A stretch of 64,000 nt of DNA from an uncultured Ruminococcus sp. (GTDB lineage Bacteria; Bacillota; Clostridia; Oscillospirales; CAG-382). A model generated the notes under the pieces. The model did no database searches. It saw only the letters and a program-made list of their open reading frames with translations, and was not told the origin of the DNA. The position numbers and the translations under genes are program-made. Of this stretch, positions 1 to 7,996 are shown one piece after another (position 1 is the first letter of the stretch; every line of letters begins with the position of its first letter). The stretch spans positions 69,260 to 133,259 of the forward strand of contig CAZJVB010000001.1 of the NCBI GenBank assembly GCA_964549435.1. The letters are read 5' to 3'.

Positions 1-1038
1 TCAGCTTATCAGGTGACGCGCAACCCCCGCAATCCCGATTATGTACCCGGTGGCTCATCCGGCGGTTCCGCAGCTGCCGTTGCGGCAAAAGAAACGCCGT
101 TTGCACTCGGTTCGGATACCGGCGGCTCGATCCGTCAGCCCGCCTCATTTTGTGGCGTGGTAGGGATGAAGCCTACTTACGGGCGCGTTTCTCGTTATGG
201 ATTGGTTGCGTTTGCCTCCTCTTTGGATCAGATCGGCCCGCTGACAGGCAACGTTCGGGATAACGCTATGATTTTGAATGCGATTGCCGGACATGATGCG
301 CATGATGCAACCAGTGTCGATTTTCCGGTGCAGGATTTTATGTCTGATTTGGAGCGGGGCGTCAAGGGGCTGCGCATCGGTCTGCCGAAGGAATTCTTCG
401 GCAAGGGAATTTCCGAAGAGGTCAAGCAGGCAGTGCTGAAGGCTGCCAAAACGTTTGAAGCGCTTGGTGCGTCGATTATTGAGCTCTCTCTTTCCGCTGT
501 GGAGTACGCTTTGCCCGCCTATTATGTCCTTTCGTCAGCGGAGGCTTCCTCCAATCTCTCTCGTTTTGACGGTGTGCGTTACGGCTATCGTGCTCCCTCT
601 TACGATGACATCACCGAATTGTATCAGAATACCCGCAGCGAGGGATTCGGCAGTGAGGTTAAGCGCCGGATCATGCTCGGTTGTTTTGCCCTCAGCTCCG
701 GTTACTATGATGCGTACTACAAAAAAGCATTGCAGGTGCGCACCTTAATCCGGCGGGAGTTTGATGCTGCGTTGGAAAAGTGCCATGTGATCCTGTCTCC
801 GGTTTCTCCCACGACGGCATATCGTTTGGGTGAAAAGACCTCGGATCCTCTGCAGATGTATCTCGGTGATATCTATACCGTTCCTGCCAATATTGCGGGA
901 CTTCCGGCGCTTTCGCTTCCGTGCGGTGTCGGAAAGGAGCATTTGCCGATCGGCATGCAGCTGCTCGGTGCTGCATTTGATGAAAAAACGCTTTACAGGG
1001 CAGGATATGCTTTTGAACAGGAGGTGGCGTCCAGATGA
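1..1038 (+). CDS. gatA: Glutamyl-tRNA(Gln) amidotransferase subunit A, C-terminal part (5' end outside window)
   Basis: Frame 1 is open from base 1. Amidase signature [12 protein letters not shown] lies near the window edge. The stop overlaps the gatB start (ATGA at 1035-1038). Confidence 0.93.
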   Translation, partial: SAYQVTRNPRNPDYVPGGSSGGSAAAVAAKETPFALGSDTGGSIRQPASFCGVVGMKPTYGRVSRYGLVAFASSLDQIGPLTGNVRDNAMILNAIAGHDAHDATSVDFPVQDFMSDLERGVKGLRIGLPKEFFGKGISEEVKQAVLKAAKTFEALGASIIELSLSAVEYALPAYYVLSSAEASSNLSRFDGVRYGYRAPSYDDITELYQNTRSEGFGSEVKRRIMLGCFALSSGYYDAYYKKALQVRTLIRREFDAALEKCHVILSPVSPTTAYRLGEKTSDPLQMYLGDIYTVPANIAGLPALSLPCGVGKEHLPIGMQLLGAAFDEKTLYRAGYAFEQEVASR

Positions 1039-2477
1039 AAGATTACAAAGGCTATGAAATGGTCATTGGTTTAGAGGTGCATTGCGAGCTTAAGACCAAG
1101 ACCAAAATTTTCTGCTCCTGTCCGACAGATTTTGGTGCGGAACCGAATACTCAATGCTGTCCGGTTTGCATGGGAATGCCGGGGACGCTGCCGGTGCTGA
1201 ACCGGAAAGTGGTGGAGTACGCTGTCAAGGCGGGACTTGCCACCAATTGCACCATTGCCCGGTACAGCAAAGAGGATCGGAAAAACTATTTTTATCCGGA
1301 CCTGCCAAAGGCATATCAGATTTCACAGTATGACCTGCCGCTATGTGAGCACGGCTGGCTGGATATTGAAACTGATGAAGGAAGCAAGCGTATCGGGATC
1401 ACGCGCATTCATATCGAGGAGGATGCGGGCAAGTTGGTGCACGATGCAGAGAAAGGCACCATGATTGACTGCAATCGTTGTGGAGTGCCTTTGATTGAAA
1501 TCGTTTCTGAGCCGGATATCCGTTCTGCTGCAGAAGCGGTTGCCTATGTGCGGAAGTTGCGTTCTATTATGTTGTATACCGGTGTTTCTGACTGCCGCAT
1601 GCAGGAAGGGTCTTTGCGCTGTGATGTCAATTTGTCTGTGCGTAAGGTTGGGACGGAAGCTTTCGGTACTCGCACGGAGATGAAAAATATCAACTCGTTT
1701 ACCTTTATTCAAAAAGCGATTGAATACGAATATAAACGGCAGGTGGACGCGTTGGAGAACGGAGAGGTCATTACACAGGAAACACGTCGCTTCGATCCGT
1801 ATACCGGCAAAACCTCCTGTATGCGCAAAAAGGAGGATGCCAATGACTATCGGTATTTTCCGGATCCTGATCTGCCGCCGATTCGTCTTTCCGAGGACGT
1901 CATCGAACATTTGCAGGGACAGATTCCTTCCCTTCCGGATGCGCGTAAAAAGCAGTATGTGGAACGGTATGGTCTGACCGCCTATGACAGTGAGCAGCTG
2001 ACCGGCTCGCGGGAATTGGCAGACTATTTTGAGGCGTGCGCAGCATTGACCTCGTATCCTAAATTACTTGCAAATTTGCTGATCGGCGAAATCTTCCGGA
2101 TTCTTCCGTCAGAGATGAGTGTACAGGATTTGAAAGCCGCGCCTGCGCATTTTGCAGCGGTTTCCCAGATGATGGGTGACGGGAAGATCAATTCCGGTAC
2201 CGCCAAAAAGCTGGCAATAGAGGTTTGGACGGCCGATATAGATCCGGAGGCTGCAGTAGAAGCACGCGGGCTTGCTCAAATCAACGATGCTGCCGTGATT
2301 TCGGAATGGATCAGGCAGGCACTTGCGGAGTCTCCGTCACTGCTGACAGATTACCGCGCGGGAAAGACGAAAGCGGCAACTGCGTTGATCGGCTGCGTGA
2401 TGGCAAAGTCGCAGGGGAAAGCCAATCCTGCTTTGCTCAGTCAGTTGGTTATGGAGTATCTGAAAGCCGAATCATGA
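1035..2477 (+). CDS. gatB: Aspartyl/glutamyl-tRNA amidotransferase subunit B
   Basis: 480 aa with a GatB-typical N-terminus ([22 protein letters not shown]). It is translationally coupled to gatA. Confidence 0.95.
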   Translation: MKDYKGYEMVIGLEVHCELKTKTKIFCSCPTDFGAEPNTQCCPVCMGMPGTLPVLNRKVVEYAVKAGLATNCTIARYSKEDRKNYFYPDLPKAYQISQYDLPLCEHGWLDIETDEGSKRIGITRIHIEEDAGKLVHDAEKGTMIDCNRCGVPLIEIVSEPDIRSAAEAVAYVRKLRSIMLYTGVSDCRMQEGSLRCDVNLSVRKVGTEAFGTRTEMKNINSFTFIQKAIEYEYKRQVDALENGEVITQETRRFDPYTGKTSCMRKKEDANDYRYFPDPDLPPIRLSEDVIEHLQGQIPSLPDARKKQYVERYGLTAYDSEQLTGSRELADYFEACAALTSYPKLLANLLIGEIFRILPSEMSVQDLKAAPAHFAAVSQMMGDGKINSGTAKKLAIEVWTADIDPEAAVEARGLAQINDAAVISEWIRQALAESPSLLTDYRAGKTKAATALIGCVMAKSQGKANPALLSQLVMEYLKAES

Positions 2478-2527
2478 AAAAGGGCGGGAGGTCTTATATT
2501 GACCTTTCCGCTCTTTCTTGTGTTTGT

Positions 2528-3244
2528 TCAGATTTCTTTTCGGATCTCCTTTTCTGTTGCATCCGGGTATAGCTTATGCATGTGCTCTGTTATTTTTGCC
2601 AGTGCTTCCTCCTTGGAGAGGTCATATTTTGACCGCACACATTCCGCTCCGAATTTCATTTCTGCGGTACAGTAATCTGCGACCGGCCAGCCGTATTTTT
2701 TTCCGGTGCGGTTCAGTTTGTGTTCAAATCCGCAAATGACTACATAGGTCTGCATCATCAGCTGCGTGATTGCACTGTCAAAGCCGCTTTCTCCATTTCT
2801 GGAGAAGCCGGCTGTCTCCTTGAGACGGTAGGAAGCAACGGAGGACTGATTCTCCAATGCGTCCATCAGCAATTTGCTTTTTCGGGATGTCATTCCCAAT
2901 TCATATTGCGTGTCAAAATCAAAACCGTTGCGGCGGTAGGATACGAAATAAGGGAACCAATCTTTGGAAAGGAATCCTGCTTTTTTGCCGAAAAATTTAC
3001 CGTAAACAACCTTTCCTTCTGAGGCTGCGAGTGCACGCCAACGCCAAGGGTTTTCCTCTGTCGCTGATGACCAAGCATGGCTTGAGGTCAATTCTTCTAA
3101 AGAGAAACCGGTTATATGACTGCGAAACAGGGGCAGAAATCCGACGGTATCGATATACTCGTATAATTCGTTGATCGTTTTGATCCGTTTAGGATCATGG
3201 GGATCCAGCCCTTCCATGATGCATATGCCGTCCCGTTCGTACAT
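2528..3244 (-). CDS. Conserved hypothetical protein, possibly of the short AlkZ/YcaQ-related winged-helix family
   Basis: 238-aa ORF with coding-like composition. Its start shares one base with the metA stop (TGATG at 3242-3246). The family assignment is from memory of similar ~240-aa proteins and is not verified. Confidence 0.5.
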   Translation of the reverse strand: MYERDGICIMEGLDPHDPKRIKTINELYEYIDTVGFLPLFRSHITGFSLEELTSSHAWSSATEENPWRWRALAASEGKVVYGKFFGKKAGFLSKDWFPYFVSYRRNGFDFDTQYELGMTSRKSKLLMDALENQSSVASYRLKETAGFSRNGESGFDSAITQLMMQTYVVICGFEHKLNRTGKKYGWPVADYCTAEMKFGAECVRSKYDLSKEEALAKITEHMHKLYPDATEKEIRKEI

Positions 3245-4161
3245 CAGTGCAGCTCCTTAAGATCGTAAGGGGTGTTCTGATAAACGAAATAGTTTAACCA
3301 GTTGGAGTAAAGCAGGTGCGCGTGTGCACGCCATGTATTGATCGGCGTTTGGGAGGGATCATCGTCTGGGAAATAGTGTTTCGGTATCTCGATTGCAATT
3401 CCCTTGGTGAGATCGCGTTCATATTCCTTGAGCAAGGTATCATAATCATATTCCGGATGTCCGGTGACATAACATTCTCTCCCGTCGTCGGAGACCAGCA
3501 AAAAGATGCCGGCTTCCTCCGATTCTGCAAGAACTGTTAACTTTTTACAGGCATCGACATCCTGCCTGCGGAGATAGGAGTATCGGGAATGCGGTGCGTT
3601 AAAGCGCGTATTGAATCCTCTCACCAACGGATTTTCCGGGACCAGTGTTGTATGGCGGAAGATGCCGGAGAGCTTTCTTTCCAAAGGATATTTTTTGATG
3701 CCATAATGGTAATATAAACCGGCATATGCTCCCCAACAGACATACATGGTTGAATATACGCTGCTCTTAGCCCATTCCATGATGCCGCAAAGCTCGTTCC
3801 AATAATCGACCTCTTCAAAGGGAAGATACTCGACCGGCGCGCCGGTGATAATCATACCGTCGAATTTTTGCTTCTTGATGGCGGAAAAATTTGTATAGAA
3901 GGAGCTGAGATGTTCCTCCGAGGTGTTGCGCGAATAATGGGTTTCCGGTGTCAGTAAGCAGACATCTACCTGTAAAGGCGTGTTGGAAAGCAATCGCAGC
4001 AATTGGGTTTCCGTGACAATTTTTGTGGGCATCAGATTCAGAATGGCGATTCGCAGCGGACGGATATCCTGACTGGAAGCGCGGCGTTCGTCCATAACGA
4101 AAATGTTCTCCTGCTTCAGAGTTTCGGCGGCAGGCAGAGAATAGGGGATACGAATGGGCAT
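3244..4161 (-). CDS. metA: Homoserine O-acyltransferase (MetA family)
   Basis: 305 aa with the classic MetA N-terminus (PLRIAILNLMPTKIVTETQLLRLL). RBS AAAGGAG lies upstream of the ATG. Confidence 0.93.
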   Translation of the reverse strand: MPIRIPYSLPAAETLKQENIFVMDERRASSQDIRPLRIAILNLMPTKIVTETQLLRLLSNTPLQVDVCLLTPETHYSRNTSEEHLSSFYTNFSAIKKQKFDGMIITGAPVEYLPFEEVDYWNELCGIMEWAKSSVYSTMYVCWGAYAGLYYHYGIKKYPLERKLSGIFRHTTLVPENPLVRGFNTRFNAPHSRYSYLRRQDVDACKKLTVLAESEEAGIFLLVSDDGRECYVTGHPEYDYDTLLKEYERDLTKGIAIEIPKHYFPDDDPSQTPINTWRAHAHLLYSNWLNYFVYQNTPYDLKELH

Positions 4162-4207
4162 AACGGCGCTCCTTTGGCAAATCGGTTTTTCTTTTTGTGT
4201 ATGTTAA

Positions 4208-4236
4208 ATTATAGCATGCTTCCTTCCGCTTTTCAA
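4208..4236 (-). promoter_or_regulatory. Sigma-A-type promoter for metA (TTGAAA-17-TATAAT)
   Basis: Read on the minus strand: TTGAAA, 17-nt spacer, TATAAT, about 45 nt upstream of the metA ATG. The leader is too short for an S-box or T-box. Confidence 0.6.
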
Positions 4237-4342
4237 TACTTTTTTTCAAAACACTATGGAAAAAGCGATCGGGCTGTGCTATAATGAGGGCGTTTTCTAT
4301 TGGTTTGTTGCCACGAAAAGAAAGAGGGCAGGTGGTGTAAAT

Positions 4343-4981
4343 ATGGGTGCAAAAATCTTTCGTTTGAAAGAAGGCGCTGACCGTTCTTTAGCGATCAATA
4401 CTGCTGCAGAACTGCTGCAGAGCGGAAAATTGGTTGTCTTCCCGACCGAAACCGTTTACGGGATCGGCTGTAATGCGCTGGACAGACAAGCGATTCTTGC
4501 GCTATATGCAGCAAAGAAGCGCCCGCCGGAAAAACCGCTGCTGCTTCACCTTTACAGCATGCAGCAGGCGGAGCAAGCGGCTGTACTGGATGATCGCGCG
4601 CGCATACTGCTCAGCGCTTTTACCCCCGGTCCTCTGTCTGTGATCTTGCCGAAACGTTCCTGCGTTCCTTCTGAGTTGACCGCCGGCGGTGAAACGGTCG
4701 GGCTGCGGTTTCCGGGAAATGCACTTTTTTTAGAGCTTGCGCGCGCGGCAGGCGCGCCGATCGCTGCGACGAGTGCCAACCTTTCCGGTTTTACGTCTGC
4801 CAAGGATGGCGAGGCAGCCGCTTCACTTGCCGGAGTTGCAGATTTGATTTTGGATGACGGTCCCTGTGAATATGCGATGGAATCAACGATAGTGTCCCTG
4901 CTTGCTGCGCGTCCGAAAATTCTTCGGCAGGGCGCGTTGTCCAGAAAACAGCTGGAGGGAGTGATCGGCGTATGCGATTGA
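4343..4981 (+). CDS. tsaC: L-threonylcarbamoyladenylate synthase (TsaC/YwlC/Sua5 short form)
   Basis: VVFPTETVYGIGCNA motif. I chose the internal ATG at 4343 (the ORF track starts at 4256) because it sits behind a purine-rich RBS and a TGcTATAAT box at about 4277-4285. Confidence 0.88.
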   Translation: MGAKIFRLKEGADRSLAINTAAELLQSGKLVVFPTETVYGIGCNALDRQAILALYAAKKRPPEKPLLLHLYSMQQAEQAAVLDDRARILLSAFTPGPLSVILPKRSCVPSELTAGGETVGLRFPGNALFLELARAAGAPIAATSANLSGFTSAKDGEAAASLAGVADLILDDGPCEYAMESTIVSLLAARPKILRQGALSRKQLEGVIGVCD

Positions 4982-5562
4982 TTGGAATGACCGGGCGCAG
5001 CGGAGCCGGAAAGACTACGGTCGGGGTTTGTGCAAAAGAGATGGGAATTCCGGTGCTGGATTGTGATGCAATCTATCGGGAACTGACCTCCGGTCCTTCT
5101 GATTGCCTGCGGGCTATTCAGAAAACGTTTGGTGAAGAAACGGTTCGCTTCGGTGCGCTGTACCGTCCTGCTTTGCGGGAAAAGGTGTTTGCCGACCGGG
5201 AGGCGATGAAGCAGCTTCATTCGATCACGGCACTTTTTATGGCGCGAGAGCTGCGGAGTCGATTGGAGCATATTGATGCGTCGATGGTAATTCTGGATGC
5301 GCCGACACTGTTTGAAAGCGGGTTGGATGCAATATGTCACCGTCTGCTTTGCGTGATTTCTACGGATGAATTTTGCCTTCGGCGCATTATACGCCGGGAT
5401 AGGATCGGAGAAGCGGATGCGCGGGCTCGCTTGGCGCAGCAGCATTCGAATGCGTTTCTAATAGAACATTGTGACATTGTACTGTTTAATGAGGGCACGG
5501 AAGAGAGCTTTCGGACGGAAGCATTTACTGTCTTGTCGGCTCTGCAAAAAGGGGGAATCTGA
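4972..5562 (+). CDS. coaE: Dephospho-CoA kinase
   Basis: 196 aa with an N-terminal P-loop (IGMTGRSGAGKTT). 10-nt overlap with tsaC. Confidence 0.9.
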   Translation: MRLIGMTGRSGAGKTTVGVCAKEMGIPVLDCDAIYRELTSGPSDCLRAIQKTFGEETVRFGALYRPALREKVFADREAMKQLHSITALFMARELRSRLEHIDASMVILDAPTLFESGLDAICHRLLCVISTDEFCLRRIIRRDRIGEADARARLAQQHSNAFLIEHCDIVLFNEGTEESFRTEAFTVLSALQKGGI

Positions 5563-6123
5563 TTGAAGCGGAAAACCCGTATACGTCTGCTTGCACTTGC
5601 GTTTATTTTACTGTTGCTTGCGGTTTCAGCGGTTTTATTTCGGAAACCCTTGGCAAGACTGTATTATGTGCGGGAATATGAGGATTTCATCTCCGCAGCT
5701 GCTACCGAATATCAGGTGCCGGAGGAGCTCGTCTGCGCTGTAATTTGGTGCGAGAGCCGGTTCCATCCGGAGGCGAAATCGGTTGCCGGTGCATGCGGAC
5801 TGATGCAGCTGGCTCCCGCTACCTTTCAGGAGGTTCTTTGGAGGTTGGGACTTCCGGAAGACGGGGATATTTTCTCACCGGAACAGAATATTCGTTGCGG
5901 GACTTTCTATTTGCAGTATCTTTACGATCTGTATGGAGATTGGGAAACGGTGCTGGCGGCGTATAACGCGGGGATGGGAAACGTCAATACCTGGCTGGCT
6001 GACGCAAGGTACAGTGATGACGGCGTATCGCTTCGGGAAATACCTTTTTCCGAGACGGCTTCCTATGTCCGTAAGGTATTAGATACACAGGAAATCTATC
6101 GGTCGCTCTATGCAGGGCGCTGA
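5563..6123 (+). CDS. Membrane-anchored lytic transglycosylase (SLT domain)
   Basis: N-terminal hydrophobic anchor. SLT motifs are present (AVIWCESRFHPEAKS, GLMQL, AYNAG). TTG start directly follows the coaE stop. Confidence 0.85.
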   Translation: MKRKTRIRLLALAFILLLLAVSAVLFRKPLARLYYVREYEDFISAAATEYQVPEELVCAVIWCESRFHPEAKSVAGACGLMQLAPATFQEVLWRLGLPEDGDIFSPEQNIRCGTFYLQYLYDLYGDWETVLAAYNAGMGNVNTWLADARYSDDGVSLREIPFSETASYVRKVLDTQEIYRSLYAGR

Positions 6124-6143
6124 AATGGAACGAGAGGTATAGG

Positions 6144-7514
6144 ATGATGGAGAAAGAATTTGCGAAAACATTGTTGAATGAACCGACCAAAGCGTGCAGA
6201 ACACAAGACACTTTGGCGGTAGATGCATTTTGCGAGGAATACCGTATGTTTATGGATGCATCTAAAACGGAAAGAGATGCTGTCCGGAATGCTGTTGCGA
6301 TGGCTGAGAGAGCCGGATTTTCAGCATATACACCGGGTGAACCTGTACAGCCGGGGCAAAAATTTTATTATGTAAACCGAAATAAGAGTTTGATGCTGGC
6401 TGTGGTTGGGACAGAATCGATGTCAGAAGGATTTCGCATAGTAGCGTCACATATCGATTCCCCCCGTTTAGATCTCAAGCCTGCGCCACTGTACGAATCC
6501 GCTGGGCTTGGCTATTTTAAAACGCATTATTATGGTGGGATTAAAAAATATCAATGGACGGCAATCCCCCTTGCATTGCATGGCGTAGTGTACCATCAGG
6601 ACGGAAGCTGTACAGATATTTGTGTTGGGGAGGAGGAGCAGGATCCTGTATTGTATGTCAGCGATCTGATGCCGCATATAGCTAAAGATCAGGTTTCTAA
6701 AAAGGGCGCTGAGATGATTTCCGGCGAAACGCTGAATTTGATTAACGGCTCTTTGCCGTTTGATGAGGAGGATGGTGTAAAACTGCGTATCCTCTCCATC
6801 CTTTACGAAAAGTACGGTATCAAGGAGCGGGATTTCGCAACTGCAGAACTGTCTGCTGTTCCTGCGCAGAAATCCCGTATCGTTGGTTTTGACCGCAGCA
6901 TGGTTGCTGCGTATGGGCAGGATGATAAGGTATGTGCCTATCCTGCTTTGCGTGCTTTGACAGAATTGGAGGCGCCGCTTCATACTTGTGTCGTATTTTT
7001 GGCGGATAAGGAGGAAATCGGCTCTGAAGGGGTTACCGGTCTGCGCAGTGAAGCGTATGCGTCGTTTCTCCGTGACCTTTGTGTAGGTACAGGTGTTTGC
7101 GATCGTACGGCGTTCCGAAATTCGGTTTGTATTTCGGCCGATGTCGGAGGAGCCTATGATCCCAGCTATGCGGATGCCTATGAAGCGGGAAATTCCTGTT
7201 ATCTTGGCAATGGCATCGTGATTTCCAAGTATACAGGAGCCCGTGGTAAGAGCGGCTGTTCGGATGCGACGGCAGAATTGATGTCACGTGTAACGCGGAT
7301 ACTGGACAAGGCCGACATTGCATGGCAAACCGGCGAGTATGGAAAGGTTGATCAGGGCGGCGCAGGAACCGTCGCGGTGGACATCGCGAAACTTGGAATC
7401 GATGTAGTAGATATCGGTGTTCCGTTGCTTTCCATGCATGCGCCTGTGGAGCTCGCTGCCAAGGCGGATATTTACGCGATGTATCAATGTGACGAGGCGT
7501 TTTTCCGGAATTAG
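6144..7514 (+). CDS. M18-family aminopeptidase
   Basis: 456 aa. The VASHIDSPRLDLKP motif and overall layout are typical of M18 aminopeptidases. Confidence 0.85.
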   Translation: MMEKEFAKTLLNEPTKACRTQDTLAVDAFCEEYRMFMDASKTERDAVRNAVAMAERAGFSAYTPGEPVQPGQKFYYVNRNKSLMLAVVGTESMSEGFRIVASHIDSPRLDLKPAPLYESAGLGYFKTHYYGGIKKYQWTAIPLALHGVVYHQDGSCTDICVGEEEQDPVLYVSDLMPHIAKDQVSKKGAEMISGETLNLINGSLPFDEEDGVKLRILSILYEKYGIKERDFATAELSAVPAQKSRIVGFDRSMVAAYGQDDKVCAYPALRALTELEAPLHTCVVFLADKEEIGSEGVTGLRSEAYASFLRDLCVGTGVCDRTAFRNSVCISADVGGAYDPSYADAYEAGNSCYLGNGIVISKYTGARGKSGCSDATAELMSRVTRILDKADIAWQTGEYGKVDQGGAGTVAVDIAKLGIDVVDIGVPLLSMHAPVELAAKADIYAMYQCDEAFFRN

Positions 7515-7542
7515 AGAGAAAAATAAAGAGCATCATAAATCA

Positions 7543-7591
7543 CGACCTGCCAGAACGCTGTATCGGCGTTTAGCAGGTCGAACATTTTTTT
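7543..7591 (+). terminator. Rho-independent terminator after the aminopeptidase gene
   Basis: CGACCTGC...GCAGGTCG stem with an inner AACGC/GCGTT stem, followed by AACATTTTTTT. Confidence 0.7.
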
Positions 7592-7716
7592 CGTATCATC
7601 GAAGGGATGTATGGTTCCTAATTGGTTATTTTGTGTCTCTTGAATTTACAGCCATTCAGTATCTCGGCATATATTATAGGCGAAGCGCCTTTGATTCTTT
7701 CTTACCGATCGCTTTT

Positions 7717-7881
7717 TCAGCTTCTATCCGATCGCAATTTTTCCACATAAATCAATTTCTTCCGGCGTTCATATCCTGACAGAGGCTTTTTAAGCTCCGG
7801 ATCGACTTCTCCTTCTGCTTGATATACCTTTCCCTCATTTCTGATTTGTCTGCCGTTGCAACCGGCATACTTTCTTCGCAT
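7717..7881 (-). CDS. Small hypothetical protein (54 aa)
   Basis: ATG at 7881 preceded by GGGGAGGT at ideal spacing. Basic and charged sequence (MRRKYAGCNGRQIRNEGKVYQAEGEV...). No family recognised. Confidence 0.4.
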   Translation of the reverse strand: MRRKYAGCNGRQIRNEGKVYQAEGEVDPELKKPLSGYERRKKLIYVEKLRSDRS

Positions 7882-7899
7882 ATTACTACCTCCCCTAAT

Positions 7900-7939
7900 A
7901 AATATAAAAATAATGGTAGACACAAGGGTGTCTACCATT
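7900..7939 (-). terminator. Rho-independent terminator after the 901-aa lipoprotein gene
   Basis: 12-bp perfect stem AATGGTAGACAC/GTGTCTACCATT with a 4-nt loop, followed on the minus strand by a U-rich tract. Confidence 0.7.
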
Positions 7940-7996
7940 ATTTTATCACTTCACGAAGGGGGAATGCGGGTGGTTTTATATCATTGATTTATGCGT

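Noticed and set aside
4162-4255. Possible SAM (S-box) riboswitch or T-box upstream of metA
   Set aside because: The promoter at 4208-4236 leaves only a ~45-nt leader, which is far too short for either element, and no S-box or T-box conserved motifs are seen.
4552-5445. 297-aa minus-strand ORF antisense to tsaC and coaE
   Set aside because: It overlaps two well-supported genes completely. Its Arg/Ser/Pro/Ala-rich low-complexity translation is typical of antisense frames in GC-rich coding DNA, and it has no RBS.
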